A stretch of 64,000 nt of DNA from Candidatus Falkowbacteria bacterium (GTDB lineage Bacteria; Patescibacteriota; Patescibacteriia; UBA11705; JABHMO01). The stretch covers positions 72,154 to 136,153 of the forward strand of contig JABHMO010000043.1 of assembly GCA_018693855.1 (NCBI GenBank), in the 5' to 3' direction. The position numbers and the translations under genes were made by a program. How positions within the stretch are numbered: position 1 is the stretch's first letter; the number at the start of each line of letters is the position of its first letter. The notes under the pieces are model-generated. The model was not told the origin of the DNA. It was given only the letters and a program-made list of their open reading frames with translations, and searched no databases. Shown piece by piece: positions 46,293 through 57,514 of the stretch.

Positions 46293-49200
46293 TATAAATA
46301 TAATCACAATCCCCACCACTAATACAAATATCACCAGTAGCTGTTTTTCTCTTTGGTAATACTCTGAATTCATTATAGAAACGGAACCCTTGCTTTTCAG
46401 TGTTGTAGCCAGCTGCATAACCATCTAAAGTGAAATCTATATTGTAAGCATTTGGTCCTAAAGCTTGATAATGATAAACAGGGTTATCTGAAATTATACT
46501 ATAAACAGTTGAATAGAACTCTGGTAAGTTTGCTCCAGTAACATCACTACTGTAACAAGTATACTTATCGTAATCATGATCACCGTCAGACGCGGCACTT
46601 GGACAGATTGAACACCACTGACCAGGTACAACACACTGTTTCTGACCTTGGCAATAAAGTTCAACTGAACCAGCACTTAAATCCTGACAGATCTCACCCT
46701 GCGGTGTTGGATTTGTTGTTGCTTGTTCCCAAACAAAATGATTATCAGGATCAACAGGCAACGCACCACCAAGCATACTACCAAAAACCCTTTGCCAACT
46801 TGGCCAAACACTAAACGTCTCCCCTCTTACATATGTACCACTTTCTAACTGAGGAACCTTATTACTATTTTGAGAACGATAACCATCAAGTAATAAATGA
46901 ACTAAATTAATATCTTGAACTCGTCGAATATCTTTCATGACTGACTGTTTCGCTGTTGTTCCAGTTGTACCTTCTGACAAGTTGTTAATATTAAACTTAA
47001 TCGTCTCAATCATTTGAGAGAAAATATTTTGCGTATTTGAATTTGCACCTGAATTATATCCGAGTAAGTAGATATTATTATAAAGAGTTCCTGTTGTTGA
47101 AATATTACCAGCTGCAATATAGACTGAGTTATCTTCTTTTCCACCTTGATAACAAAACTTGCCAGTTGAACTTTCTAAACAATCAATATCTAAAGATGAA
47201 ATATTACCAGCATTTGGTGCATATTTCATATACCATAACTCTGGAGCCAGTGCTTCAGGGTTTTCATATATTCGAAGAGAGATAACATCCTCTGATTCGT
47301 CAAAATTATCATCTAACGCAACGTCAGTTCGACTTAAGAAATACTGTGCAAGTAAAGCTGGCTCTTCCCAATTATCATTAGCGTCATTACACTTCGGATC
47401 TTCCAGATCACTTAATCCATTCAAATCATTATCAATACCATCTTGGCACTGTTTAATAACTTGATCAGGATTTGCAGGGGTTTTTTGTCCTGCTTCAACA
47501 AAATCACTAAATATATCAGTTGATAGTACTTTTAATTTAGGTAAATCATCATGTTCTCCAGCCATTAAACATTTTCCATTACCAATCTCCGAACAGTCAG
47601 TATCAGAACTACAAGATGTAACTCCATCAGAACAAACAAGTGGAGCTCGACATAGCTGATCACCAATACCAGCACAGTCAGCATCATCGTAACAAGCTTG
47701 ACCATTGTAACAACTTTTCACAAGTGGCTGACCTAAATCACGACAGTAGAAAAGACCAACATTATAAATTTTGTGATATAGATGAGTTAAGTATCCTGAA
47801 TCAGTACCATACATACTAAAATCACCACTGTAATCAGTTGGAGCCCAAAGTTTGCTGCAGATAAACACTTCTAGATTTGAGTAACCAGAAACTGATGCGC
47901 CGCCAGTACTACTATCACTAACAGTATCATCTGTTATAATAGTTTTTGCCTCAATCGCTGTTTGTCCATTTTTATTGAAACTAGCAACATTAACTTTACT
48001 TGGATCTTCTGTGTCCACATAAGAACCAACATTTGCGATTGAAGTATCTAAACTGTTCCATGCCCATTTCCAACTATAAACATTAGGAATGCTTTGAATT
48101 GGCTGATCATAGTTTTGAGCAATTGCTTGATACTCTGCATTCACATTAGGTTTTGTTACAAATCGATCAGCTGGATTGATATAAACATTGTTCACTCGGC
48201 AAATCTCATCACCAGTTGTAAAACTAGTTCCAATACTACTTGCTTTACCGCAAACATTTTCAATACTATTAAACTCTAAATTATATTTTGTATTTTCACC
48301 TAATAAATAATGAGGAACAACTAAAACCTCTGTATTTCCAAAAGAATTTTCCGTTACTGAGAAATTAAATCCAACATCACAACGTTTCGGAGCAGCTGCC
48401 CAACCACTTTTTACTAATAAATCACGAACAGTTAACTTGACTTTTTGGTATCCATTATAGATAGACTGTTTAACGGCTTTGACTGGATTTTTAGTAAACT
48501 TATAGTTTAAACTATTAACAGCCACACCATCGCCAGTTATTGATTGATAGTACTGTGTCATTTCGTCCTTTAATAAGAGCTGTTCAAAAACAGTAAACTC
48601 ATCAATTGCTCCATCAAACCCAGCCCAGTCAAGCTGAGGATTTTCCATTCTATTACCAATTGATAAATCATCTAAAGCAACTTTCGTAACTAATGAGAAA
48701 GTGCTTTTACTTTTTCCTTGTCCATCAATATTAACAAAAATATTACCTAGACCATCATAACTAATCATGATATGAGACCACACGTTTTCAGGAATTCTCA
48801 TACCTGAAAAATTATTTATTCGAGGATCACCTTTCTCGCCAGTTTTCAATAACAGTATGTTCCCCTTAAAGACAGCTAAACCAATTGATTCATTTGAGCC
48901 ATCAGCGGAAGCAGTGAATATAGTCTTTGGCTCAGCGGCAAGACTAGCAGGGTTTATCCAAGCACTAACTGTCCAAGGTTTAGCCTGACCAAATGAAGAA
49001 GTTGATGTTTTGACAACAGAATCTTGGCCATCGAATTCAAGAGCTTGTCCGACCTGTCCGTCAACAAACACTCCAGCTACGACTTCTGCTTGATTATTTA
49101 GAATTGAATCATAAGTAGACTGACCAGAGCCTTCATCAAAACCATAATGAGAGATCACAACAGGTAGATCAACCGGACAAGTTTCATTAGCTGGAATTTC

Positions 49201-52200
49201 TTTGGTTAATTTAAGACTATCTCTATTTAGACTAATAGGATTTATCTTGCCATCAAACGTAGCGTAAATTAGAGAGTTAGTACAAACATCTGTATCATTA
49301 TCAGTTGGTTTTATATCAGTTAATGTAACCTGAGGTAATAAACACTGTTGAGTTACATAACTTAACTCTGACGAACCAGTCACTTCGACAGCTTCTTCTA
49401 CTGCTTTTGCTTCGATATCAGTGTCTCCCTCGGTAAATAAAGATAAGTAGTTAAAATTGAACAAACAAGAACCACCACTAGTGAAACAAACATTTGCAGG
49501 ATCGGCAAGTAAAGTATTAATAGCAGGATTAACAGTTGCTGTTTGATACGGTCCAACATTAGTACCAGCCGCAGTATCACATTCAGGATCTTCACTGTTT
49601 TCAATCACGCCATTTCCACAAAGTTCTTGATTAGAACCAGTTTTTAGACATTTATTATTACAACCTTCAGGCATTGTACAAACACATCCATCATCTCCAT
49701 AAGAACAAGATTGACCATCCTTCACGCAGATTGCTTCACACTCTTCATCAATTCCAGCAACACCATCTAGATCTTGCAGAATACCATTACCACAACAAGG
49801 TGTTAAAGAATATCCAGGAACAGTACAGGTACAGTTTATTGGTACTTTTTCACTACATTCTATTGAAGTGTCTTCTTGACAGTATAGTTTATTTAATGAA
49901 CCACAAGTAGGGAACCCTTGCCAGACACAAGAAGCTGTACAGTATGGGTTTAAATCTTCACCAATTTTCGTATCACACTCTTCTCCTTCGTCAACCAGAC
50001 CATTACCACAAAGTTTGTCTGCATCTTCAAGATCAGCTTCATTATTACCAACAACTAAACAACTATTACTACAAAAATCCGGTTTAGCTGCGTTATATGT
50101 ACCCGCGGTTACAGTTGCGATTCTATCCTCTACACTACTCCAGTCCCAATCATACTGATACGCATTCAGAGGCTGACCTGTTGCACTACAGCTATCAGGA
50201 ACACTAAATGGAGTTGATACATAATCAACTGTTTGACCAGCTGTCTGAGAAACAAAATCAGATGGAGCAACTTCAACTCTATCAATTAGACATTTACCGT
50301 CCCCTTCCTTTGTTCTAAATGTCCAACTAAATGAATCTAATAACACCGTTTCACCACCTTCATAATCACCAGCCAATTCACAAGATTTATCTGGACTATA
50401 ATATGTATAATTTGTTCCTCTTAATAACGCAGCAAAATCATCTGTAAGTTCTAACAGTTCATCAGTTACTAAATTTTGACATTTGAAATCAATCGCTATC
50501 AACTCTTTACATTTTGCAGCTGCAGGATCTTTTGCGTAAGATTTGAATGAGTTACTATCAGAATCAAAACAACCACAAGCAAAATCAACTTTTTCATCAC
50601 CGTCAGCATCATAACCGCCTGTTTTATCAATCTTACCATTTTCATTATCATCTTCTCTGTTAGCACAGTCACCTGAACCACTTTGAGTACTGTAATTTAG
50701 CCCTGCTAGATTCTCACCACTCACACTTGTTACGTCGTCCATAACAATTGCTCGATAACTTGTATCTGGTGATAGATCTTGAGCTAAATTAATGTCTAAT
50801 CTATTTACATAATGGCCACTACCATCATTACTATATGTATAGTTAATATTTGCAGAATTTAAATTAACAGCTGTACCATAGGTCACACACTCTGAAGTTA
50901 CACATGGATACAGTTTTAGATTTGCAGGAGCCTCAACAGAGGTCGCATTCATCTTAGTATTGAAATGTGCTTGAATTTGAGTATTAATACATGCTGAATC
51001 ACATCGCGGAAAATAATTAACTACTTTCGGATCGATAAAATCGATCAATAAACCAGCATCTTTTGTTAAATTCTTAACAACAGTTCCAGTCGTTGTTTCA
51101 ACATTAACTGCAGCTGAGGTTCTAACTGTAATTGGATTAGATTTATCAGTTTGAATATCTGCTGATACTAGTCCATTCTGAATTAAATCTGATTTTATTT
51201 GATAGATACCAAAATCTTTACGAACAGTAACATACTCGCTCGCACTAATATATTTATCTACATCAAACGTACCAACAACTGGACAGATCTCATATTGATC
51301 TCCGTAAACTCGGCATAGATGTCCAAATAACTCTACCTTTGCTCGATCACTTTCAAAAGGCAACTGCCAATTCCAATCTTCATCACCTAAATTTAATATT
51401 TCACATTGATTTAATCCGCTAACTTTATAAATTTCTTGTTCATCAACTGTTTCGATCAAACCTTGAGCAGGAGTTATAGCAATGTCTGTTGGTAAACAGT
51501 CATCTGCTTTTGTTTTAAATTTCCAACGATAGCTGTTTGGCATTGTATAAACAGGATCTGTTCCACTCGCCGTAGCACCAGCCACACCAAACTCACCACC
51601 AAGGATCTCTACTTGATACCAAGTATTTCCAACTAAAGGAGTATCTATTTCTAATCGAGAAACAGTTTCACAAGTAGTGACATCATCAACATCAGTAGTA
51701 CAGATATTATCAGACAACTTATTTGCCGCTGTTAAAGTTGCATATTCGGTCGTAATACAGTCACCATCAGAACAGCTATCTAAATCACAGTTTGGAATAG
51801 ACTCCCCCGTTGTATCAGGAGTACTACACTGTTTTGTTTTTACTTTTACAACTTGACCAGTTTCTGTTGCCTGCGCTTCAAAACTTGGCCAAGACATTAC
51901 AGTATTAAAGGTCGCTGAAATTACTGAATTTTTACAAACAGTTCTTTTATTTTTCATCGGAGCTGGTGAAGCCATTAAATTATTTTCCGCGTCACAACTT
52001 CGTTCTATCACTTTTGGATATTTTGGTAATGCACCTGTACTCACCATCCAAGAAAACTCTGTTTCGCCAAAATCAGCGTCTTCACTACAACCTTCCACTA
52101 TATCTTTACAAATACCACTTGAACAACAGGTCTCACCTGTTAAACAACTGTTATTTGTACAGCTGCCAACTCGAAATCCTACCTGATTACTTACTGCATC

Positions 52201-54780
52201 AAGAGTATCTTCGTTGGCTAAATAAATATTTCCACTAAAATCAGTTTCAGAAACTTTTGCCCCAAGAATGCTTTCCTTCTGCCAATCATATCCTTGTTCT
52301 ACAGTTAAAAACGATTCAACCTTACCTCCATTTTCAAAAACAATATCGTAAACAGAATCATTCTCAAAATTTTCACCAAACAAATTGAAAACTGTATTAA
52401 CTGGACCATTATTTGGACTTAATTGACAGATACCTGGCCCTGGTTTTTCTGAATTGATTGTAAGGTTAATTGGAGCACTTTCTAAATTAGAAGAACTATA
52501 AACTCGAATCTGGATATCTTTTGTACCAGTTTCAATTGCAACTTCTTCTGGAATCTTCACAGAGATCTCACCATCCGTCCATCCTGATTCACCACAACTT
52601 AGTTCACCAACGTAGGCTCTATCAATATCAATAAAATCAACTCGACCTGCACTATTCCCAAAGTTTACACCTTTTAATGTGATTAACTGCTGTGCTGGAG
52701 CTGGATCTGGATTTACTGAATTGATCTGTGGTAGATTCGCAGGTGCTTCAATCTTAAATTTATATGGATTACTATAAATATCTCGACAGATACAGTCATC
52801 TACCTCATCACAAGTTGAAACTTCTGTACAAGCACAAGTCTCATCACCTATATTATCAATACAATCAGGACACGAGATACATTGTTCCCCTGCCTTTAAC
52901 ACAACAGTACTATAACCATTTGCTAAATTTGGTATTTGTAAATTTGTAATTGATACATTATCCCAAGCACCACCACCTTGCATTGAAGCAATGACTTGAT
53001 CAAAATATAAATCAGAGTCACCTCTACTATTACCGAAACCACTACCTTCTACATTAACTAAACCGGAAACTGGCCCTGCCGCACAATCGGTTTCACCTGA
53101 TTGTTGACACTCTTGCTCTGAGACAGCACAGATGCCGGGCATCTGCAGATTTTCATCATAAACAAAATCATCTTGCCAACCACGATCATTCTCAGTATCA
53201 TCGTACAGTTCGTATCGATTTATGATCTTAACTGGTCCAGTTATTACACCACTATCAGGAACTCTAACGATAATCTGATCATCTCGCCAAGAAGAGTTTG
53301 TATCACAACTAAACTCACCGGTCATATAACCTTCGGAACAGTTTTCACCACTTGAACATGAGAAGTAAACAGAACTAGTATCAGTTTTATAAGACGAGAA
53401 ACCATTTCCAACAATAGTTACAAGATTACCTGGTCCACCACGTGGTAAAACAACATTATCAATCGTTGGCAGGGTCTTGCACTGTCCCTCTAGACAAACT
53501 CCGGATGCACAGTCAGAATCCTGAGTACAACCACCACTACATGACGGGCAAGCAGGATTTGTACTTGAACAATCGATCTCCCCTAGTTCATCACAACAGT
53601 CTGACGGAACAATATTGAAATTTTTCTTTTTTATTTTTGTATGGTCAGCTAGGTCAACTGCTGCTGCCACAACTTTGTGGGAACCTAGTTCATAATCAGA
53701 ACTTTCTGGCCAAGGATCTGAATAAGTATAACTTGTAGGTGAATCATTTAAGACAACCTGATAAATAGTAGAGAAATCTTCCCATGAATCAGCGTCTGCT
53801 AGATCAACTTGGAAAAGTAACATTGATAATGCAACGTCGTCACTTCCAAAGATGGAAACGTCCATAGGAACAGCTGAGCCCTGACAGATACTAGTATTAT
53901 AAGAAGGGTTTTCTATTACAACAGAAGGATCTCTTTTGTCACAAACCGAACCAGTGTTGAATTCAGAGACACAGTCACTTATACCATTACAACTCAGAGT
54001 CAATTTTTCACCATCACGATCAGTTTGTATTGACTGTAATACGTTTGGAGTAACGGTAACTTTATATGCACTATCTTTATCAAAACAGTTTTGATCTTCA
54101 CAATCACTACATACCTTATCTGGCACAAATTTTACAATTCGATTTTCATTAAATAAGTTGAACTCACCAGGAACTTCCTCAAAAGTTCCGTCCACACTTT
54201 TTTCAACCTTAACATTATTCTCTATATCTGTAGCTGAGCTACTATCAAGTGGATAGTTGAACATTAACTTAACAGGGAAAGAGTATAGTACCGTATCGCC
54301 CTCTGGGACAAGGTCTACTTCCAAAGTTCGGAAACCTGATACAACTATCGTACCGTTTCCATTCCCATCACCATCACCTGATGAATTATAATTATTTGCA
54401 TCGAGTAAACTATCAAACACAAAAGCCGTTATAGCATACGCTGACAAAATTATTGCTAGACCTATAGCAGCTGAAATTAAAATCTTTTTCGCGTTACCAA
54501 TCTTCTCTTCACTACCGCCAGCTGTCATGTAGACGAAACCACCATACAGAACTAAGCCTATTGCTAAAACACCAAGAAAACCAAGTATAACTTTCAGTAT
54601 TCTTCCAATAATCGCTTTTGGATCTTCATTTCCAAGATCAGTCTGTTCCGCGACAGTATCCAACCCGTCTTGAATATTATTCTGAGCAAAAATAGGTTGA
54701 ACAGAGAGTAATACGAAAAATAAAGCGACAACTATAAAAATAGCACCAAATAATTTTTTGTTTTTAAGTTTGTTAAGCAT
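46288..54780 (-). CDS. Giant surface protein (2830 aa) with an N-terminal VirB2/TrbC-pilin-like two-TM module and a huge Cys-rich extracellular region
   Basis: It has a signal peptide, then two TM helices separated by a short loop (…VLYGGFVYMTAGGSEEKIGNAKKILISAAIGLAIILSAYAITAF…). This is followed by IPT/TIG-like segments (…GGPGNLVTIVGNGF…), a LamG/concanavalin-like segment (…WTVSAWINPASL…), and many CxxxxC clusters. Confidence 0.7.
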   Translation of the reverse strand: MLNKLKNKKLFGAIFIVVALFFVLLSVQPIFAQNNIQDGLDTVAEQTDLGNEDPKAIIGRILKVILGFLGVLAIGLVLYGGFVYMTAGGSEEKIGNAKKILISAAIGLAIILSAYAITAFVFDSLLDANNYNSSGDGDGNGNGTIVVSGFRTLEVDLVPEGDTVLYSFPVKLMFNYPLDSSSATDIENNVKVEKSVDGTFEEVPGEFNLFNENRIVKFVPDKVCSDCEDQNCFDKDSAYKVTVTPNVLQSIQTDRDGEKLTLSCNGISDCVSEFNTGSVCDKRDPSVVIENPSYNTSICQGSAVPMDVSIFGSDDVALSMLLFQVDLADADSWEDFSTIYQVVLNDSPTSYTYSDPWPESSDYELGSHKVVAAAVDLADHTKIKKKNFNIVPSDCCDELGEIDCSSTNPACPSCSGGCTQDSDCASGVCLEGQCKTLPTIDNVVLPRGGPGNLVTIVGNGFSSYKTDTSSVYFSCSSGENCSEGYMTGEFSCDTNSSWRDDQIIVRVPDSGVITGPVKIINRYELYDDTENDRGWQDDFVYDENLQMPGICAVSEQECQQSGETDCAAGPVSGLVNVEGSGFGNSRGDSDLYFDQVIASMQGGGAWDNVSITNLQIPNLANGYSTVVLKAGEQCISCPDCIDNIGDETCACTEVSTCDEVDDCICRDIYSNPYKFKIEAPANLPQINSVNPDPAPAQQLITLKGVNFGNSAGRVDFIDIDRAYVGELSCGESGWTDGEISVKIPEEVAIETGTKDIQIRVYSSSNLESAPINLTINSEKPGPGICQLSPNNGPVNTVFNLFGENFENDSVYDIVFENGGKVESFLTVEQGYDWQKESILGAKVSETDFSGNIYLANEDTLDAVSNQVGFRVGSCTNNSCLTGETCCSSGICKDIVEGCSEDADFGETEFSWMVSTGALPKYPKVIERSCDAENNLMASPAPMKNKRTVCKNSVISATFNTVMSWPSFEAQATETGQVVKVKTKQCSTPDTTGESIPNCDLDSCSDGDCITTEYATLTAANKLSDNICTTDVDDVTTCETVSRLEIDTPLVGNTWYQVEILGGEFGVAGATASGTDPVYTMPNSYRWKFKTKADDCLPTDIAITPAQGLIETVDEQEIYKVSGLNQCEILNLGDEDWNWQLPFESDRAKVELFGHLCRVYGDQYEICPVVGTFDVDKYISASEYVTVRKDFGIYQIKSDLIQNGLVSADIQTDKSNPITVRTSAAVNVETTTGTVVKNLTKDAGLLIDFIDPKVVNYFPRCDSACINTQIQAHFNTKMNATSVEAPANLKLYPCVTSECVTYGTAVNLNSANINYTYSNDGSGHYVNRLDINLAQDLSPDTSYRAIVMDDVTSVSGENLAGLNYSTQSGSGDCANREDDNENGKIDKTGGYDADGDEKVDFACGCFDSDSNSFKSYAKDPAAAKCKELIAIDFKCQNLVTDELLELTDDFAALLRGTNYTYYSPDKSCELAGDYEGGETVLLDSFSWTFRTKEGDGKCLIDRVEVAPSDFVSQTAGQTVDYVSTPFSVPDSCSATGQPLNAYQYDWDWSSVEDRIATVTAGTYNAAKPDFCSNSCLVVGNNEADLEDADKLCGNGLVDEGEECDTKIGEDLNPYCTASCVWQGFPTCGSLNKLYCQEDTSIECSEKVPINCTCTVPGYSLTPCCGNGILQDLDGVAGIDEECEAICVKDGQSCSYGDDGCVCTMPEGCNNKCLKTGSNQELCGNGVIENSEDPECDTAAGTNVGPYQTATVNPAINTLLADPANVCFTSGGSCLFNFNYLSLFTEGDTDIEAKAVEEAVEVTGSSELSYVTQQCLLPQVTLTDIKPTDNDTDVCTNSLIYATFDGKINPISLNRDSLKLTKEIPANETCPVDLPVVISHYGFDEGSGQSTYDSILNNQAEVVAGVFVDGQVGQALEFDGQDSVVKTSTSSFGQAKPWTVSAWINPASLAAEPKTIFTASADGSNESIGLAVFKGNILLLKTGEKGDPRINNFSGMRIPENVWSHIMISYDGLGNIFVNIDGQGKSKSTFSLVTKVALDDLSIGNRMENPQLDWAGFDGAIDEFTVFEQLLLKDEMTQYYQSITGDGVAVNSLNYKFTKNPVKAVKQSIYNGYQKVKLTVRDLLVKSGWAAAPKRCDVGFNFSVTENSFGNTEVLVVPHYLLGENTKYNLEFNSIENVCGKASSIGTSFTTGDEICRVNNVYINPADRFVTKPNVNAEYQAIAQNYDQPIQSIPNVYSWKWAWNSLDTSIANVGSYVDTEDPSKVNVASFNKNGQTAIEAKTIITDDTVSDSSTGGASVSGYSNLEVFICSKLWAPTDYSGDFSMYGTDSGYLTHLYHKIYNVGLFYCRDLGQPLVKSCYNGQACYDDADCAGIGDQLCRAPLVCSDGVTSCSSDTDCSEIGNGKCLMAGEHDDLPKLKVLSTDIFSDFVEAGQKTPANPDQVIKQCQDGIDNDLNGLSDLEDPKCNDANDNWEEPALLAQYFLSRTDVALDDNFDESEDVISLRIYENPEALAPELWYMKYAPNAGNISSLDIDCLESSTGKFCYQGGKEDNSVYIAAGNISTTGTLYNNIYLLGYNSGANSNTQNIFSQMIETIKFNINNLSEGTTGTTAKQSVMKDIRRVQDINLVHLLLDGYRSQNSNKVPQLESGTYVRGETFSVWPSWQRVFGSMLGGALPVDPDNHFVWEQATTNPTPQGEICQDLSAGSVELYCQGQKQCVVPGQWCSICPSAASDGDHDYDKYTCYSSDVTGANLPEFYSTVYSIISDNPVYHYQALGPNAYNIDFTLDGYAAGYNTEKQGFRFYNEFRVLPKRKTATGDICISGGDCDYIYK

Positions 54781-54890
54781 GGGAAATACTGTAAGTTTTT
54801 ACAAATTACGTATAATTGCAAATAAACAAATTAAGCTTCTACTTTACTAATTTGTACATTTGTAAGTATCTGTAATTAAAAAGATAAAGA

Positions 54891-56930
54891 CTATCGTCCT
54901 GGTAAGCTACATTCAGATACACCGGCTTGATCTTCAAGCTGGTAAGTGTCTCCAATGTAAACAGGGCAACACGAAGTACCACGATTATTCGCTGTTATAG
55001 AACCACAATCTGTATTTAAGTCTTCTTCTCTACTCGGATTAAAACAGTTTTGTCGCAAATCTTTGACCTGACTTTTTATAACTGGGAAATAGATAGGAAT
55101 AACAGGAGGGTCCGCAGTTTCAAGAGCGCTCGAGAAAGGGCCATGAGTAATAAATATCTTTTTCATATCAGTTACTTTGTTTCCGTCAGCATCAAGATTG
55201 TATCCCATATTAGGATCAACCCAAGCATCAAATGGCTCAGAACCAGATCTTTCACCATAAATTTTCACTTCCCTATCAACTGAGTATGGTTCCAGACTTT
55301 CATTAAACTCTGCTGCTAAAGTTTGATCTACCATAACTTGCTCTGTATTATGATCAGGACTCAAACCAATAATATACGGAGCATCTAAATCAACCTCAGC
55401 ACCTGTTTGGAAACTCCAATCGAAATTATCAAAAGCAGGACCGTCTGATGTACCATTGCTATCACCATCTAAAGAGTTTGACGAAGTATCAACAATTCCC
55501 GTACCAGGTGTTCCAGTATTTCCGTCACCGGTTAATTCAGCCGCCGTAATTAGATTGTCTATTAAAGAATTTTCAGGTAAACAGAAAGCTTTCTCACCAC
55601 AAGTGGTATAAGCTCCTGATGAACATTCCGTACTACTTAAAAACTGAACTGTTTTATATCCATTCAATCCGACTCGCCAATTACCAGGAACATGAGAAGT
55701 TGCGCAGGTTCCATTAGCTTCGCCTGAATTTAGTTTTACTTGAATTTCATTATCATCATCACCAGCGCTACAGTCTTGCAACTGTTCCAATGGTGGAATT
55801 ATCGGTTCACTAAAATTCACTACTATAATTTGATTAAGATAAACACCACCGTCCTCCCCTATCGTGTCATTTTTTATAGTAGCATCTATTCCAGCCTGAT
55901 CTAATGGAATAACTGACTCAACAACTGGTGGAGTCAAATCAAGAAAAGTGCCAGTTACAAAACGCCATTGATAGTCCTGACCAACCGAGAACACGCTATT
56001 TCCATCTGAATTAGTTATAGAGTTAGTTAAGTGAACAATATAAGCAACATCATCGGATTGAGAACCTAAATGCTCAGTTTGACTGTTGCCGTATGGATTG
56101 ATAACAATAGTTCGACGATCAGCTGTTAAGAAAGCATAAGTGTCTCCTGTAGAACCAAGGAAATCACTAGCTGGTGCATCTTCAATAATCAAATCAGCAC
56201 ACTGTCCAGGAGTACGATCAGTATCGTCAGTTGGCCAGTTTCCCATAGCATCACATCGAAATATTCTAATATTGTTTGTTTTTAAGGCTCCGCACATCTT
56301 TCCGTCACCAAGCAAAGCATCAGGACATCCGCTTGAATCAGATAAATCAATTACAGAATTTTCATCAATTGAATCTCTGAATGTAACCATTATCATTGTA
56401 TTTCTAGATACATCATCTTGTTCTGGTTCTGGATAATGACTCTGGATCACACTTCCAAAAGCGCCGCCAGAAAGACTATAACCTTGCGGTCCAATTCCAG
56501 CAATGTTAACTCCTCCACCACCGTCTCTATCACCTATTAAGGAATCAAATATAAAAGCTGTTATTGCATACGCACTTAAAATAATAACTAAACCAATTGC
56601 AGCGTTAATTAAAACTTTCTTTGCTTTATCAACTTTATCTTGTTGACCACCTGCGGTCATGTATAGGAATCCTCCGTACAGGACTAGAGATAAAGCAATC
56701 ACACCAAGGAATCCCATTATTGCTTTAATTATTCCACCAATAATTGAAGTTAAACTATTGGTTGGCAGGTCAGTCTGTTCAGCAATTGCATCAAGATCCT
56801 GATTAATTGTTTCCTGCAAGTCTCCTTGAGCCTGGACAACTGGAGCAAATAAAAAAACCGCCAATAAAAACACAAAACAACTGGCAGTTATTTTAATAAT
56901 TAACTGAAAATTTTTATCAGTTTTTTTCAT
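54891..56930 (-). CDS. Paralogous surface protein (about 680 aa) with the same N-terminal pilin-like two-TM module
   Basis: Its N-terminal 130 aa are about 70% identical to the 2830-aa protein (…IAEQTDL…GFLGVIALSLVLYGGFLYMTAGGQQDKVDKAKKVLINAAIGLVIILSAYAITAF…). The start is probably ATG 56928-56930; the ORF-track GTG start lies 3 bp upstream. Confidence 0.65.
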   Translation of the reverse strand: MKKTDKNFQLIIKITASCFVFLLAVFLFAPVVQAQGDLQETINQDLDAIAEQTDLPTNSLTSIIGGIIKAIMGFLGVIALSLVLYGGFLYMTAGGQQDKVDKAKKVLINAAIGLVIILSAYAITAFIFDSLIGDRDGGGGVNIAGIGPQGYSLSGGAFGSVIQSHYPEPEQDDVSRNTMIMVTFRDSIDENSVIDLSDSSGCPDALLGDGKMCGALKTNNIRIFRCDAMGNWPTDDTDRTPGQCADLIIEDAPASDFLGSTGDTYAFLTADRRTIVINPYGNSQTEHLGSQSDDVAYIVHLTNSITNSDGNSVFSVGQDYQWRFVTGTFLDLTPPVVESVIPLDQAGIDATIKNDTIGEDGGVYLNQIIVVNFSEPIIPPLEQLQDCSAGDDDNEIQVKLNSGEANGTCATSHVPGNWRVGLNGYKTVQFLSSTECSSGAYTTCGEKAFCLPENSLIDNLITAAELTGDGNTGTPGTGIVDTSSNSLDGDSNGTSDGPAFDNFDWSFQTGAEVDLDAPYIIGLSPDHNTEQVMVDQTLAAEFNESLEPYSVDREVKIYGERSGSEPFDAWVDPNMGYNLDADGNKVTDMKKIFITHGPFSSALETADPPVIPIYFPVIKSQVKDLRQNCFNPSREEDLNTDCGSITANNRGTSCCPVYIGDTYQLEDQAGVSECSLPGR

Positions 56931-57024
56931 CACCTCCAGGAATGAGTTAATACAGTTAATAAAGTTAAAATAGGTTAAACTAAATTAACAAAACATTAAC
57001 AATTTCACTCAAATATCAATTTTT

Positions 57025-57468
57025 TTATTTTAGTTTTTCTTCTAAAACTTTTCTAACTACTCCGCCATCAGCCTGGCCACCCACACGCTGCATGACTGCG
57101 CCCATGACTTTTCCGAAATTAGATTTATCTTCATCAGACAAAGTTGTTAAAACTTCATCAACAATCGAACCGATTGATCCTTCATCTAACTGTTCAGGTA
57201 AAAATTTTTCTAAAATTTTTATTTCAGACAGTTCTTTATCTGCCAAATCAGACCGATCAGCAGCTGAAAAAGAATCAGCAGAATCTTTTCTTTTCTTAAC
57301 TTCAGTCTTCAAGACAGCTAGAACTTCTTCATCTTTCAACTCTCGTTTAATTTCGATTTCTTTGTTCTTTAGACTACTTTTCAGCATTCTCAAAACAGAC
57401 AAATCTAGTTCTTGTTTTGCTTTGAAAGCAGTTAAGAATTCTTGTTCGATTTGCTTTTGTAATTGCAT
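57025..57468 (-). CDS. yqeY: GatB/YqeY-domain protein
   Basis: It encodes 147 aa and its C-terminal region (…GKVMGAVMQRVGGQADGGVVRKVLEEKL) is typical of YqeY. Confidence 0.7.
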   Translation of the reverse strand: MQLQKQIEQEFLTAFKAKQELDLSVLRMLKSSLKNKEIEIKRELKDEEVLAVLKTEVKKRKDSADSFSAADRSDLADKELSEIKILEKFLPEQLDEGSIGSIVDEVLTTLSDEDKSNFGKVMGAVMQRVGGQADGGVVRKVLEEKLK

Positions 57469-57514
57469 AGTAATTATAGCAAAAATTTCTGTTAATTAAA
57501 AACAGTTGTACACA

